Positions 63,687 to 64,000 of a stretch of 64,000 nt of DNA are shown one piece after another. The number at the start of each line of letters is the position of its first letter. The stretch's first letter is position 1. A program made the position numbers and the translations under genes. The notes beneath the pieces are model-generated. The model saw nothing but the letters and a program-made list of their open reading frames with translations. It made no database searches and was not told where the DNA came from. The DNA comes from Candidatus Omnitrophota bacterium (GTDB lineage: Bacteria; Omnitrophota; Gorgyraeia; Gygaellales; Profunditerraquicolaceae). The stretch spans positions 4,591 to 68,590 of the forward strand of contig JAUYBI010000045.1 of assembly GCA_030693145.1 (NCBI GenBank). Reading direction: 5' to 3'.

Positions 63687-64000
63687 ATGAATAATAAAAG
63701 AAATTATCGGAGATTAAGTTTAGATAATAATATTATTTTGAAATTTGAGAGTAATTTGGATAGAGTAATCGAAGGTAGATTATTAGATATTAGTTTTGTG
63801 GGGATATGTGTTTTTTTGAATGAAAGTGTTAATATCGACAAAATAGTTCAGGAAATTGTTCAGTTTGATATTGCTGGCTTTACAGAGCAGAATTTTATCG
63901 GCCGAGGCAAGATTGTTTATGTTAAACTGGATCGAATATATGCGAAAAAAGGCTTTAGAGTAGGACTGATGTTTATAGAGGCGGATAAGGGATTTGTGCT
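63687..64000 (+). CDS. PilZ domain protein (runs off window)
   Basis: Manual translation MNNKRNYRR...GRLLDISFVGI...GKIVYV...RVGLMF has RxxxR and DxSxxG motifs; GAGGA SD. Confidence 0.85.
   Translation, partial: MNNKRNYRRLSLDNNIILKFESNLDRVIEGRLLDISFVGICVFLNESVNIDKIVQEIVQFDIAGFTEQNFIGRGKIVYVKLDRIYAKKGFRVGLMFIEADKGFV

Overview
This 64-kb window is bacterial core chromosome spanning the replication origin. Genes lie on the minus strand up to dnaA (about 27.4 kb) and on the plus strand from rpmH onward. Gene content suggests Candidatus Omnitrophota or a similar anaerobe (inference, not verified). The left arm holds a PyrR-regulated pyrimidine/carbamoyl-phosphate cluster with embedded EndoQ, tRNA-Arg and mutM, then a small accessory islet (HEPN-MNT pair, stop-inactivated ADP-ribosyltransferase, membrane ORFs), rsmI, glmS, tRNA-Glu, gyrA with a LAGLIDADG intein, gyrB, dciA, dnaN and dnaA. 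The right arm holds rpmH-yidD-yidC-jag(N only) with no rnpA, a free-standing LAGLIDADG gene ahead of parAB, ndk-yicC-gmk-rpoZ-coaC, three tRNAs, thrS-infC-rpmI-rplT, a trk operon, pheST, 6S RNA, rny, xseAB, dxs, a 2-oxoacid:ferredoxin oxidoreductase, gltX and a PilZ gene. The most notable observations are: (1) a CarA that has lost its whole glutaminase triad; (2) a nine-copy GTAG palindrome family with compensatory changes, carried inside a TIR/8-bp-TSD MITE; (3) several further palindromic repeat families that invade RBSs, an attenuator and coding ends; (4) an ART killed exactly at its STS motif; (5) an unannotated 38-aa membrane peptide in the trk operon; (6) two related candidate small RNAs near the right end.
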